A program made the translations under genes and the position numbers. Shown here piece after piece: positions 11,501 through 24,743 of a stretch of 64,000 nucleotides of DNA (its first letter is position 1; the number at the start of each line of letters is the position of its first letter). The stretch covers positions 7,456,001 through 7,520,000 of the forward strand of contig OY762007.1 of NCBI GenBank assembly GCA_963665115.1, read 5' to 3'. Source of the DNA: an uncultured Rivularia sp. (lineage in GTDB: Bacteria; Cyanobacteriota; Cyanobacteriia; Cyanobacteriales; Nostocaceae). A model generated the notes under the pieces. That model had not been told where the DNA came from. It searched no databases and saw only the letters and a list, made by a program, of their open reading frames with translations.

Positions 11501-13875
11501 TAGCGATTTCAAAATATTGGCTAGCAGCATCAAATGCTGTTGCAACTTTAGCCCGTTTCCCTGCTAATATATTTATTTCTACTAATTGCCAACATTCCTG
11601 TTGATCGGATATGGCATACAGACCTTGGTTGTAATGGTTCGCTATGTCAAAAATTCTTTCATCTAATAAATCTAGAGACATTTGCTTTTTTAAAGCTCTA
11701 GCAATTTTCAAATGAATAACTTGGTTTGTCCCTTCTTCTTGAAGTTTGTAAGCTGCTTGTTGTACTCTGTCATGCAAAAATTTATAGCTGACAATTTGTT
11801 CATCTTCCAACTCCCGATTCTGTAGTTCTGATGGAAGGTAAAATTTGTAAACTTCAGTTTTGGGTAAAATCAACCCTTCCTGTAATGCTTTCCACAAGTC
11901 AGCAGCAGTTTCAACTTCTGACTTTTGACAAACTATCGCCAAAGTTGCTAAATCAAATTGATTGCCAATACAAGCTGCTAATTTCAATACATTCTGAGTT
12001 GTTTCTGGCAACTTTTGCAGTTGCAATGCCATAAATTCAACCACATCATCAGTTAAAGCTAATGCCTTAACTTCAGAAATATCGCATAGCCACGAATTGA
12101 TCTTAAAATCAAATTTTATCAACCCATCTTCATAAAGCGACTTCAAAAATTGCGTGCTGAAAAATGGATTGCCTTTAGTTTTTTGATGTATAAGTTGTGT
12201 TAAAGGCTGTGAAATTTTCAACAGACAATTAAGAGTATCAGCAACTAATTGATTTAAGCTATCTTGATTTAATGGCTCCAAAGTAATAGTATTAACTATT
12301 GTTTCTGCTTTACTTATTTCTTCTAAAGCCAAAAATAAAGGATGAACCGGAAATACTTCATTATCCCGGTAAGCACCAATTAACAATAAAGAATCTTTTT
12401 CATTTCCACTCATTAAAAACTGCATCAACTTCAGTGAAGCCGAATCTGCCCATTGTAAATCATCTAAAAAGATGACTAAAGGATGTTCTTTTGTGGTAAA
12501 AACTTTGATAAATTTTTGAAATAATAAATTAAATCTATTTTGGGCAGCAGTTCCCGATAATTCCGGTACTAGTGGTTGTTCACCAATAATTATTTCTAAT
12601 TCGGGAATCACTTCAATTATTACCCGTGCGTTATCTCCTAAAGCTTGTAAAATTTTCTTTTTCCAATTTGATAATTGAGTATCGCTTTCACTTAATAATT
12701 GTCCGATTAAATCTCGAAATGCTTGGACAAAAGCTGAGAAAGGAATATTGCGATTGAACTGGTCAAATTTACCCTTAATAAAATAACCGCGTTGTTTAAC
12801 AATAGGTTTATGAACTTCGTTTACAATTGCAGTTTTTCCAATCCCAGAAAAACCAGCAACTAAGATTAATTCGCTGTTCCCATTTGAAACTCGCTTAAAC
12901 GCAGCTAATAATTCTTCAACTTCAGTTTCTCTACCATAAAGTTTCTCAGGAATAATAAATTTTTCACAAATATCCTGTCGAGCAATTTGAAAATTTTCTA
13001 TCTTCCCAGTTTCTTTAAACTGTTTTAAACAAATGTCTAAATCGTGCTTTAATCCCAAAGCACTTTGATATCTATCTTCGGCATTTTTCGCCATTAATTT
13101 CATGACGATATCTGACAAAACTTCAGGAATTTCTTCTAAACATTCCCTCTCTTTGACAAGGAGAGGGTTAGGGTGAGGTTTCCTCATCGCTGGAGGAGTT
13201 TTCGCAATATGACAATGCACCAACTCCATAGCATCCTCAGATTTAAAAGGTAATTCCCCCGTTAATAGTTCATAAAAAGTCACACCCAAAGCGTAAAAAT
13301 CACTGCGGTAATCAATCCCCCGATTCATTCTTCCTGTTTGCTCTGGTGATATATAAGCGAGGGTTTCCTTCCAAACTAGTAGGATTTTTAATTTCTTGAG
13401 TTTCTTTGGGAAGTAGTGAAGCAATACTAAAATCAATTAGCTTAATTTGCTTAGTTTCCTGGTTGATTAAAATATTGTCAGGTTTGATATCTTTATGAAT
13501 AACGCGATTTTGGTGCAATTGATGGAGAGTATCAGTAATTTGCATCGCAATCGTCAATATGTCTACTGTAGATATAATATCTGTTGTCTTTATATATTCG
13601 CGTAGCGAAATCCCACCAAAATCTTCCATCACCAAAGCAGAACTATTTTGATAAGCTTCTAAACTGTAAGGACGAACAATACCGGGAATATTTAAACTCT
13701 TTGTAATAGTATACTGATTGCGAAATTCTAACAGTTCTTTGAAGCTAGGATAGCTATTTTTCAGCAGCTTAATAACTACAGGTTTCTGGTCATTTTCTCG
13801 GAAACCACGATATACCAGAGTTCTTGAACCGTTATAAAGTTCTTCATCTAAGTGATATCCCTGAATAAAAGTCAT
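8519..13875 (-). CDS. Ser/Thr kinase-AAA ATPase-GAF-histidine kinase hybrid, about 1784 aa; +1 frameshifts at 13364-13366 and 9148-9150
   Basis: Joins ORFs 13312-13875, 9090-13436 and 8519-9043. HKDIKP and DFS kinase motifs, Walker [35 protein letters not shown]. Span minus 2 nt is divisible by 3. Confidence 0.9.
13143..13181 (-). repeat. In-frame small hairpin repeat encoding [13 protein letters not shown]
   Basis: aacctcaccctaaccctctccttgtcaaagagaggg; same family at 19071-19109 and 31433-31471. Confidence 0.75.
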
Positions 13876-13990
13876 ACTAATTATATCTCTAAATTTCTGA
13901 ATATATTATTCCCAAAAAAAGAGATAATGTTATATTCTATACAGAAATAATAAGATTTGAATTCCACAATCATCAGATCGGATGTCTATA

Positions 13991-16900
13991 TCAACATATA
14001 GGTAACTCAATCGCAAATTCTGTTCCTTCCCCAACTACAGAATTACAAATTATTTTTCCATCGTGAGTTTCTTCAATGATTTGTTGGGCGATCGCCAAAC
14101 CCAATCCCGTACCTTTACCAACTCCTTTGGTAGTAAAAAGATTATCAAATATACGTTCTCGAACTGATTCAGGCATCCCCGAACCATTATCTTTGATCCG
14201 AATTAACACTGTATTTTCGTCAGTAATAAGTTCAGTTTGAATAGTTATTTTGTGAGGATTTGCTTGTATTTCGGCAAATGTTTTTCCTTCACTAACTGTA
14301 TCCAAAGCATCGATCGCATTGGCAACAATGTTCATAAACACTTGATTTAATTGCCCTAAAAAACATTTAATTGGCGGTAAATCACCGTATTTTTTGATAA
14401 TTTCAATTGCTGGACGTTTCTCATTAGCTTTGAGACGATACTTTAAAATTAAAATTGTGCTATCAATACCTTCATGAATATTACAAGCAACTTTTTCAGA
14501 AGTATCTGCTCTAGAAAAAGTTCGTAAACTGGTACTAATATCTTTAATTCTTTCTGTAGCCAATCTCATCGAATTTAACAACTTTGGTAAATCTTCTATG
14601 AGGTACTCTAAATCAATATCTTCGGCATTTTCTATCACTTCTTCTTCTGGATTCGGATAATTTTCTTGATAGCATTCTATGTGAGTAAATAAATCTTTAA
14701 TATATTCTTCGGCATTGCTGATACTACCTTTGAGAAATCCAATCGGGTTATTAACTTCGTGTGCTACCCCGGCAACTAAATTACCCAAAGTTGCCATTTT
14801 TTCATTTTGCACCATTTGCAATTGGGCTTGCTTTAACTCTTTTACAGCTTTTTCTAACTCTTTTGATTTCTCAATTACCGCCGATTCCGCTTGTTTTCTA
14901 TCGGTAATATTTCTAGTAATACCAATTAAGCCCATCGTAGTACCTTGAGAATCTCGTAACGGTTCTTTTATCGTTAAATAAGTGCAGTTTTCTCCGTTAG
15001 TTGGTACTACTTCTTCAAAGCTTTCAGTCATTTCTTTAGTCATGATTTCTCTATCTTTAGCCATAATTGGTTCGGCAACTTCTGGAGGAAGCAATTCCGC
15101 ATCGGTTTTACCAATAACTTCCGCAATAGATTTACCAAAAAATTTAGCAATATTAGTATTTACAGCAATGTGTCGTCCTTGTAAATCTTTTGCAAAAAAG
15201 AAATCCGGTATCGTCTGCAAGAGTGAGTTAAGCAACGAATTAGTATCTTGCTGAGCTTTGTAAAGACGGGCATTTTCCAGGGAAATTGCGGCTTGATTAC
15301 AAAGAAAATTAAGTATTACAATACGGTCACTTGTAAATGTTTTTCTGGTTAATTTGTTTTGTAGATAGACAATACCAATTAAATTTCCTTGGTTAAGGAT
15401 TGGTAGACATATCACACTCTTAGGTTGTTGTTGAAGAAAATATTCATCAAATACTGGTAAATCGGTGTTGAAATTGTCAATAATCACTACTTCTTGAGTA
15501 TTTTTGACATAATGTATTAATTTAGTTGGTAGATTGGGATTATTTACTAACGGTTGCGAACAAAGTTCTGTTTGCTCCAGTGTGTGAATGGCTTCAACAT
15601 ACAATTCTCCATCGCTATGGAGGAGAATTAAGGCACAGCTATCCCCACCAGAATTTTGCAGAATAATTTCTGTGAGTTTACACAGCAATTCTGAAAGTTG
15701 AATTGTGCTAGAAAGTGCTTGCGAAGCTTTGACGATCGCAGCAAAGTCTAAAACATTATTAATGCTGGTGCTAGAAGAAGTATTTCTAGTTGTCGAACTA
15801 TGAATTGAGATATTCGGAGCAGCAATTGTGGCTAACGTCTCTAAGGGATTTAAGGCTTGTTCTACTTGCTGTAGGATTGGACGGAGTATATTGGGATAGC
15901 GTATTTCTAAGTCGTCGGTTTTGGCTTTAGCTCCCCAACGGGCATAACAGTAGTATGCTTCTTGCATATAGGTTGCGGCGATTTTTTCTTTACCCCAATC
16001 GAGGTAGAATTTGGCTGCAAGTTCGTTAGCGAGTGCCTCTTCTTGAATGTATTCGTTTTCTTTCGCTCCAGAGATAGATCTATCGTAAAGTTCAATTGCT
16101 TCTAATTTTTTGTCCAAAATTCGAGATTGTTCTGCTTTAATTAACAGGAATTTATGTTGAAAGTTCATCGGTGCATAAGATGCCCATCGGTGCAGTTTCT
16201 CCAGATTTTCGACCACAATAGTCAAGGTTCGGGTTTGTTCTGCTTCTGTTAGCTCGTGGTAAATTCGCAAACGCACCAGCGCATCATAAAAATACAGCAA
16301 TGGTATTACAACCTGTGCTGTCACCCCACCGATATAACGAACAGCAGATTCAGCATGGGACAAAGCATCGATATTTTGCTCGAACCAATAGCACAAGATC
16401 AGTTTATGTAGGTGTAGGTTATAAAGACCCCAAATTGTTTTTAGTTGCCTGATATTGTGCCAGCATTTGCTCTTCATCAATCGCATCTCCTACTAATTGA
16501 TAAGGAATTTCAGATTTTCCGCGCAGATTGAGAACTACTTGATACAACATCTCGTTCAAATTCAAGTGTAATTGCTGATTAATTTGACGAAGTTGCTGGC
16601 TGTAAATAATAACCTTGGTTTCTAATTCTGATAATTCTTGTCCGATAGCATAGGAAAATTGTCCATCATAAAAGCGACAAAAGGCGCATATTTCTAAAGC
16701 TCCCGATTCCAAAGCAGTTTGATAGCTAGTTTTTAAAAGCGGTAAAGTTTGATTGGGGTGTTTTTTCCAGGGTAAAACTAGTGCCCCTGTAAGCAAACCA
16801 ATTTTCGCCTGAATTCCTTTGTTACCAGATTCCTCTGCTAATTTCAAAGCAAGGTTTCCAAATTTATAACCAGAATTTATATCATTAAGTACACCGCACA

Positions 16901-19832
16901 AGGGAATACTGTAGTGGACATAAGCAGCAGGGGAGGTAAGGGAATTACCATGTTTTATAGATAAGCGAATCTCTGCTAAAGCTATGAATAAAAATAGTTT
17001 AGAACTTAATACATATGCCGCAGGAGCCAAGGTGAAATAAATCTGCATCTTAGCTAAAGATTTAGCATCATTCATCTGGGGAAGAGATGACAATGAAGAA
17101 ATTCCCGTAGCTTGAATCAAAGCGTTTGTTTCCTTCAAAGCTTGCTGAATATCTTCAGGTGTTGGCTCTGTTGGAAAGTCTACTCCTAACTGATTGAGTG
17201 CTTTTATGCCTACTTGAATCCCTTCTAATGGCTTTTTCTGAGCAAGTTTTGCATAAATCTGTGTTTTGTAAACTTCTATTTTGTCTAATAAGTCTTCAAC
17301 TTGTTGCAGCAAAATATCTGCCCAATGCTGCATGGCTTCAAAATTGCCACTTAAATAGTTTGCTTCTGCAAGCATATTGTGGTATTCCAATGCCAGTTTA
17401 TATTGGGTTTGCCACATATCCGCCGGTAGCAGTTCGGTTCCAATACCTAAATAATCAATAGCTGCTTCATAAGCTGTTGCTGTTTTTGCTTTACGAGCCG
17501 CACAAAGATTAAACTCAGCTAATTCGATTTTTCCTTTAAATGTCTCAATTAAAATCGTACCCAAATTCAAATGGTTAACAATTTCAAAAATCCGTTCTTC
17601 CCGTTCTTCTAGCGAGATATGCTTGAGTAATAGTTTTCCAATCTGATAGTGAGTCGTTGTTTTTTGCTCATCTGGAATCAAATAATAAGCTGCTTGTTGA
17701 ACGCGATCGTGCAGAAAGCGGTATCCAACAGAAATCTCATCGCTTCGCTTATCCTCTGCATCTTCTGCTTGAAAAAACTTGTAGGCTTCGGTTTCGGGAA
17801 TCACAAAACTTTCTTGTAATCCAGTCCATAAGTCCGCTGCAACATTTTCTGGAGTGCGATCGCATACTACTGCCAAAGTTGCTAAATCAAAACGGTTGCC
17901 AATACAAGCTGCCAGTTTCAAAACCTCTAGTGTTTCAACAGGCAGTTTTTGCAACCTTCCTACCATAAATTCAACTACATCATCTGTTAGAGAAAGTTGT
18001 CTAATTTGGGCAATATCGCATTGCCAATATCCAATTTCCAAATTAAATGCAATCAATCCTTCCTCGTACAAACCCAGAAGAAACTGAGTGGTAAAAAATG
18101 GATTACCCTTAGTTTTCTGATACAACAAATCGGTCAAAGGTTGGGCAATATCTGCACTACAAATAAACGCATCCGCAACCAAACAGTTAATATCAACTTG
18201 ACATAAAGGTGATAAGGTAATTGTGTTAACTATTGCCTCTGCTTTCCTAATCTCCTCTAGAGTTAACATCAACGGATGAGCCGGAAATACTTCATTATCG
18301 CGATAAGCGCCAATTAAAAATAAATAACCATTTTCAGATTCGCTCATCAATAATTTCATTAAATTGAAAGATGCCGAATCAGCCCACTGTAAGTCATCTA
18401 AAAATATGACTAAAGGATGTTCTTCAACTGCAAATATTTTAATAAATTTTTGAAATAATAAGTTGAATCTATTCTGAGCCGCAGTACCTGACAATTTCGA
18501 TGCTGGTGGTTGCTTACCAATAATTCTTTCTAATTCGGGAATAACTTCAATTATTACCTGTGCATCATCCCCTAAAGCTTGTAAAATTTGCCTCTTCCAA
18601 CTTGACAATTGAGCATTTGTCTCGCTCAGTAATTGTCCCATTAAGCTTCGGAAAGCTTGTACAAAAGCCGAGAAAGGAATATTGCGATTAAATTGGTCAA
18701 ACTTACCTTTAATAAAGTAACCGCGCTGTTTGACTATTGGTTTATGAACTTCATTAACTACCGCAGTTTTTCCAATTCCAGAAAAACCCGCTACTAACAT
18801 TAATTCACTGTTTCCCTGCGATACTCTCTCAAATGTTGCTAATAATTCTTTAACTTCATTTTCTCTTCCATATAATTTTTCAGGAATAATAAATCTGTCA
18901 CAGATATCCCGTTGAGCAATTTCAAAATTTTCTATATTGCCAGTTTCTTTAAGCTGTTTTAAACAAATTTCTAGATCGTGGTTTAATCCCAAAGCACTTT
19001 GATATCTATCTTCGGCATTTTTCGCCATCAATTTCATGACGATATCGGATAAAACTTGAGGAATCTCTTGTTCCCTCTCCTTACCAAGGAGAGGGTTAGG
19101 GTGAGGTTTTGCACTGAGGAGAAGGTTAGGATGAATTTTTCTCATCGCTGGAGGTGTTTTTGCAATATGACAATGTATCAACTCCATCGCATCGTCAGAT
19201 TTAAAAGGCAATTCCCCAGTTAATAATTCATAAAAGCTAACACCAAAAGTATAAAAATCAGTCCGATAATCTATTCCCCGATTCATTCTTCCAGTTTGTT
19301 CTGGTGATATATAAGCAAGGGTTCCTTCTAAACCATTGGGATTTTTAATTTCTTGAGTTTCTTTAGGTAGCAATGAAGCAATACTGAAATCAATTAATTT
19401 AATTTGCTTAGTTTCAGGATGAATTAAAATATTGGCTGGTTTAATATCTTTATGAATAACGCGATGTTGATGTAGACTCTGGAGAATATCGGTAACTTGC
19501 AACGCAATTGATAATATATCTTCAACAGAACCCATATTTCCTGTCTGCATATACTCTTGCAATGAAACCCCGCCAAAATCTTCCATTACCAGAGCATAAC
19601 CATTTTGGTAAGGTTCGAGACTGAAAGGACGAATGATTCCAGGAATATCTAAATTTTTGCTAATGGTGTACTGGTTGCGAAATTGGAGTAATTCGTTGAA
19701 ATTCGGATAAGAATTCTTCAGTGATTTAATTACTACGGGTTTTTGGTCATTCTCTCGAATAGCGCGATAGACAAGGGTTCTAGAACCGTTATAGAGTTCT
19801 TCTTTAATCGAATATCCAGCAATAGTGACCAT
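13991..19832 (-). CDS. Ser/Thr kinase-AAA ATPase-GAF-PAS-histidine kinase hybrid, about 1946 aa; +1 frameshift at 16428-16431
   Basis: Joins ORFs 16419-19958 (likely ATG 19832, MVTIAGY) and 13991-16486. Same kinase and AAA motifs as its neighbour, plus PAS ([19 protein letters not shown]), H-box and HATPase. Confidence 0.9.
19071..19139 (-). repeat. In-frame small hairpin repeat (one full plus one degenerate copy)
   Basis: Encodes [23 protein letters not shown]; hairpin ccctctcctt-acc-aaggagaggg. Confidence 0.75.
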
Positions 19833-19945
19833 ACTACCTTCGTACTTAATGCTTGCGAATTTAGTATACCCAAACCCCCTGTAAAAAATTACAATTACCC
19901 GTAGAATCTTGATATCCTCATTGAGAAAATTTGCTAGATGTATGT

Positions 19946-20047
19946 TAAGCTGCTGCACATCTAATTTGTATTATCGTAGCGGGCAAGATGCCCGCACTAC
20001 AAAACTTTCAAAAATTCCAATATACAAATTAAAAGATTTTTAGCTGA
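19946..20047. mobile_element. Degenerate MITE-like element related to 4970-5142
   Basis: Left end taagctgctgcacatctaatttgtat; internal gcgggcaagatgcccgcactac; right end tatacaaattaaa. Confidence 0.45.
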
Positions 20048-20074
20048 TAAAAATTGGAAAGCTCCTTATCCAAT

Positions 20075-20105
20075 AAAAACCCTACTTCCTCAAAGGAAGT
20101 AGGGT
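20075..20105 (-). terminator. Rho-independent terminator of amt1
   Basis: 12-bp stem accctacttcct/aggaagtagggt followed by a T run on the minus strand. Confidence 0.8.
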
Positions 20106-20151
20106 CAATTAACTCACTTATTCAACAGATAGAAGCCCTAGATCGAACAAC

Positions 20152-21771
20152 TTACAAACTTGTAGGCATATCTCCTTGTGTAGACACTCCAGGTCTATCT
20201 AATTCGGCATATCCAATAGTGTCAGCTTCTTTAGCGAAACCACTGTAAGCTTCCATTCCGTGTTCGCCAATATCCAAACCTCCCAATTCTTCTTCGCGGG
20301 TTACACGGATACCCAATGTTGCTTTCAATGCAACCCAGAAGATGGTGCTAAGTAGTACTGTCATACCGCCTACAGCCAAAGCACCCATTAATTGAGTGAA
20401 TAGGGGAGCAATTCCACCACCAAACAATAAGCCTGCTGCTGGTCCTCCGTCTACAGCATATAAACCGTCAGCACTTCCCCCAACTGCAAACAAACCTACT
20501 GCCAAAGTACCCCAAAAACCACAAACCAAGTGAACGGAAATCGCTCCTACTGGGTCATCAATTCTAATTTTATCGAAGAAGGTAACAGCAAATACGACCA
20601 AAGCTCCGGCGATCGCACCAATAATTATGGCACTAGGCAAGTTTACCCAAGCACAACCTGCGGTGATACCTACCAAGCCAGCTAAGGTACCGTTGATAAT
20701 CATTGATAAGTCTGGCTTACCCAAGTAACCCCAAGCTACGAAACAAGCAGTTACCGCACCAGCAGCAGCAGCTAAGTTAGTGGTTAAAGCGATGTGAGCA
20801 ATTGCGTTTGCATCAGCAGCCATTGTAGAACCGGGGTTGAAACCAAACCAGCCCAACCATAAAATCAAACAGCCCAAGGTAGCAATGCTTAAGTTATGAG
20901 GAGGTATTGCATTGGTTCTACCTTCGCTATATTTACCAATACGCGGACCAAGAATCGCCGCGCCCATCAAAGCTGCCCAACCACCAACGGAGTGTACAAC
21001 TGTGGAACCAGCAAAATCCCAGAAACCTGCTTTGTACAACCAGCCACCACCCCAAATCCAATGTCCGGTAATTGGGTAAACGATACCAACTAATAACAAG
21101 CTGAAAATTAAGAAATCTACAAACTTAATTCTCTCGGCTACTGCTCCAGATACGATTGTGGCAGCAGTTCCAGCGAATGCTAATTGAAATAAGAATTTAG
21201 CAGATAAGGGAACGCCAGCCCAGTTAAGAGAACCGAAAACGCCTTGATAAGCATCTCCTGTCGCAGGGCTATTATCTGCACCTGAGAGCAAGAAACCATT
21301 TAAACCAAAGAATGGGGTTCCATCGCCGAACATGATGCCAAAGCCAATGACGTAAAACGCCAATGTAGCCAAAGCAAACACAATCAAGTTCTTAGAAAGA
21401 ATGTTGACAGCGTTCTTTTGACGGCACATTCCGGTTTCCAACATTCCGAAACCAGCGTTCATGAAGATTACCAAAAACGCGGCAATTACAACCCAAAGCG
21501 TATCTAATCCAACTTTTAGCCCTGCAACCTGTTCCGCTGTTGTTGGTCCTGCGTCTGCGGTAGGAGCTTGAGCAACTGCCGCATAACCCGAAGCCAATAC
21601 AATAAAACCTGCAATAGGCAGACAGGCACGCAAGCTAGGATTTAAGCCTTTAATTCCCTGTGCTACTTGACTGAGAAATGAGCTATTACGTGTAGCGCTA
21701 GTAGAACGTTCTGAATTGCTCCGCTTACCTTTTCTATTATTTTTTTTTCGCATCACTTTTTGCATTTTCAC
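20152..21771 (-). CDS. amt1: Ammonium transporter Amt1
   Basis: [48 protein letters not shown]; exact start uncertain. Confidence 0.92.
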   Translation of the reverse strand: MKMQKVMRKKNNRKGKRSNSERSTSATRNSSFLSQVAQGIKGLNPSLRACLPIAGFIVLASGYAAVAQAPTADAGPTTAEQVAGLKVGLDTLWVVIAAFLVIFMNAGFGMLETGMCRQKNAVNILSKNLIVFALATLAFYVIGFGIMFGDGTPFFGLNGFLLSGADNSPATGDAYQGVFGSLNWAGVPLSAKFLFQLAFAGTAATIVSGAVAERIKFVDFLIFSLLLVGIVYPITGHWIWGGGWLYKAGFWDFAGSTVVHSVGGWAALMGAAILGPRIGKYSEGRTNAIPPHNLSIATLGCLILWLGWFGFNPGSTMAADANAIAHIALTTNLAAAAGAVTACFVAWGYLGKPDLSMIINGTLAGLVGITAGCAWVNLPSAIIIGAIAGALVVFAVTFFDKIRIDDPVGAISVHLVCGFWGTLAVGLFAVGGSADGLYAVDGGPAAGLLFGGGIAPLFTQLMGALAVGGMTVLLSTIFWVALKATLGIRVTREEELGGLDIGEHGMEAYSGFAKEADTIGYAELDRPGVSTQGDMPTSL

Positions 21772-22209
21772 TCCAAAATTTCCTTAACTGGAAAAAACAC
21801 CGCTTTCTTGGCGTAACACCGTTTTAAGCCGGAACTAGCGATTTATCTCTAAGCTTTTTAATTAGGATTAGATATCAAATGCAGAATTATTCCAAATACA
21901 ATAAATTACTGTTTGGAAATTCATCTTTGACTCTTATACCTATGAGAGATGTTGTTCAAAAAGCCTATTAAACAATTAGGAAACCAAATAATCTAGCTGT
22001 CAGTCAACAAAGCAATGATACATCTGCTGCTGTAACTAGTTTTTCTTAAAAGATTATTATTATGTATTTTTGGAAACCTCTCAAGTAGCCTCATCAATTC
22101 TTTAATATTTAGATTTTTGTCTACAAGGCTTTCTATTACATCATTTGACCCATTTAAAAAGCTACAACGGTTAGAAGATAATAATTACAGTACGCTGTTT
22201 GTGAATTCT

Positions 22210-22223
22210 GTAACTGTTGCTAC
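22210..22223. promoter_or_regulatory. Candidate NtcA-binding site upstream of amt1
   Basis: GTA-actgttgc-TAC matches GTA-N8-TAC. amt1 is a classic NtcA target, but spacing to a -10 box is not canonical. Confidence 0.55.
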
Positions 22224-22548
22224 TATTTTTTAGTGTTTTTAATTATCATCGATGGCATTTTAAGCTGCAAATAGCCGCTAATAACAGCTTTTTGTCAATA
22301 TCTCATAACTTTATGACTGCAAAAAAACAGCCAATTATTAACTTTTCATACAAACAAACTGTTTTTTTACTTACGTAGAAAAATGTTACTTTTCTATAAG
22401 TAATGTAAATAAGTATTTAGATCAAAATTATTTGATGAGATATTTTTAACTCTGATTTTTATTTTTAGAAGCAGTAAAACTACTTTGAAGGTAAGTTAAT
22501 CTAAAGACATTTAGATTCATTCGTATTGCCTGTAGCAATTATCAAAAT

Positions 22549-23058
22549 TTACATTTGATTTAGATAATTTTGGTAGCCTAATTTTTCCAGTTTTTCTTGC
22601 TTCGTTATCACGGAATCGCGAAGATTTTGACGATATAGAACAACTTTTTCTAGTAAATCCGGTTGATGAATAGCAAGTATTTGTACTGCTAAAAGTCCGG
22701 CATTTTTCGCATTGCCGATAGCTACAGTTGCTACAGGTATACCAGCGGGCATTTGTACGATTGAATGTAAAGAATCCACACCTTTTAAATGACGGCTAGC
22801 AACAGGAACGCCAATTACCGTTATAGGAGTTAAAGCAGCCACCATACCGGGAAGATGTGCCGCACCACCTGCTCCAGCAATAATAACTTTAATACCGCGA
22901 GCAGATGCTTCGGTGGCGTATTCCACCATTAGTTGCGGGGTACGATGGGCACTAATAATTGCGACTTCGGTAGAAACGCCGAATTCTTCACAAACTTTAA
23001 TCGCATCTTGCATGGTGGGTAAATCAGAGTCGCTACCCATAATAATTCCTACAGTCAT
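22549..23058 (-). CDS. purE: N5-carboxyaminoimidazole ribonucleotide mutase
   Basis: [37 protein letters not shown]; start taken at ATG 23058. Confidence 0.96.
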   Translation of the reverse strand: MTVGIIMGSDSDLPTMQDAIKVCEEFGVSTEVAIISAHRTPQLMVEYATEASARGIKVIIAGAGGAAHLPGMVAALTPITVIGVPVASRHLKGVDSLHSIVQMPAGIPVATVAIGNAKNAGLLAVQILAIHQPDLLEKVVLYRQNLRDSVITKQEKLEKLGYQNYLNQM

Positions 23059-23399
23059 AGTGATTTTGGATTGGGCATTGGGGATTGGAGAAGAGTTAGT
23101 ACTCCTTTTCATTAATTTTGATGGGTTTGTTTTCTCGGTAAACTTTGGCAGACGTTATACATAACGTCTCTACAAGCCATTAGAACAAATGAAATGAACT
23201 ACTACTCCCTATAAATAAATATTGTTAATAAAGTACTAACAATCATCTCACTTTTAGAGCATTTCACAAAAACGGTAATACAAATTTCTTTCCCAATCCC
23301 CCATGCCCAATTCCCAATTTATTCATTTTTATTCTTGATTTATAGCTATTGCTCCTATGAAAATCAACTCAGTTATAACTAAAATCTCGCGTTTATCCC

Positions 23400-24581
23400 A
23401 TGACTCCAAAAAAACTAAGCAATTTTACTACTCCTTTAAACATTATTAATGCACTTGTTCCCGGCTACGAAGATAAACAAATGCTATTTATCAACCACCA
23501 AGGCATTGTTGAACAAATTGTGCCGATGGACAACATTATCAAACGAGTTCCCCTAAAAGATTTACAAATATTGGATGCAGAAGGCGATCGCATTTCTTTG
23601 GGTGGTGTCGATTTACAAATTAACGGTGGTTTGGGAACTGCTTTTCCAGAATTAAATACGGAAAATGCCGATAGTTTGCAAAAAATTTGCGATTATCTTT
23701 GGGATAGCGGTGTTGATGCATTTTTACCCACCGTGGTGACAACTTCTGTGGAAAACATCCATCGTTCCCTTGGAGTAGTTGCTAATTTTATGCAAAATCA
23801 AACTTCGGGAGCGAAAGTTTTGGGAGTGCATTTAGAAGGACCATTTTTGAATCCTCAAAAGCGCGGCGCACATCCACAAGAGTATCTTTTACCTCTATCG
23901 CTTGGGGAAGTAAAGCGGGTATTAGGATTTACCGAAGTTGTAAAAGTAGTAACTTTAGCGCCAGAATTGGACTCACACAACGAAGTAATACCTTATTTAC
24001 GCCAGCAAGGTATTATCGTTAGCTTAGGGCATTCCCAAGCAACCGCAGAACAAGCCCAAAAAGCATTTGAAATGGGCGCGACTATGGTGACTCACGCTTT
24101 TAATGCAATGCCACCATTACATCACCGCGAGCCCGGATTATTAGCTGCGGCGATTACCCACGAAAATGTCATGTGCGGTTTTATTGCTGACGGAAAACAC
24201 GTCTCGCCAATGATCATAGATTTACTATTGCGAGCAAGCAATTACGATAGAGGACTTTTCTTAGTCAGCGATGCTCTAGCTCCTTTAGGATTACCTGATG
24301 GAACTTATCCTTGGGATAGTCGGGAAATTACAGTAACGAACGGTACCGCACGTTTACCAGATGGAACTTTGTCTGGAACGACTTTACCATTGCTTGCAGG
24401 AGTACAAAATTTGGTTAAATGGGGAATATGTAGCCTAGAAACGGCAATTAATCTAGCAACCACCGCACCGCGAAAAGCAATTGGTTTTCCTGGAATTGAA
24501 GGCGCTCATGCGAGCAACCTATTGCGCTGGAATTACGATGAATCAAGCCATGAATTAACTTGGAAGCGTTTGTTGTCCTAA
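23400..24581 (+). CDS. nagA: N-acetylglucosamine-6-phosphate deacetylase
   Basis: HLEGPFL..KRGAH, TLAPE, LGHS, THAFNAM, IADGKH. Confidence 0.93.
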   Translation: MTPKKLSNFTTPLNIINALVPGYEDKQMLFINHQGIVEQIVPMDNIIKRVPLKDLQILDAEGDRISLGGVDLQINGGLGTAFPELNTENADSLQKICDYLWDSGVDAFLPTVVTTSVENIHRSLGVVANFMQNQTSGAKVLGVHLEGPFLNPQKRGAHPQEYLLPLSLGEVKRVLGFTEVVKVVTLAPELDSHNEVIPYLRQQGIIVSLGHSQATAEQAQKAFEMGATMVTHAFNAMPPLHHREPGLLAAAITHENVMCGFIADGKHVSPMIIDLLLRASNYDRGLFLVSDALAPLGLPDGTYPWDSREITVTNGTARLPDGTLSGTTLPLLAGVQNLVKWGICSLETAINLATTAPRKAIGFPGIEGAHASNLLRWNYDESSHELTWKRLLS

Positions 24582-24743
24582 AAAGGATTTCCATACAATC
24601 AAATATTTTTCTCAAAAACCACAAATGTGCGGCGCTAATTTTGTGGTTTTCTGCTTTTTGATTAAGTTTTCTCGTCCTCAATTGATGTATTCTACCGATA
24701 ATAAGCGCTTTTTTCGATTTAGTACTGTTAATTATTAATTTTT

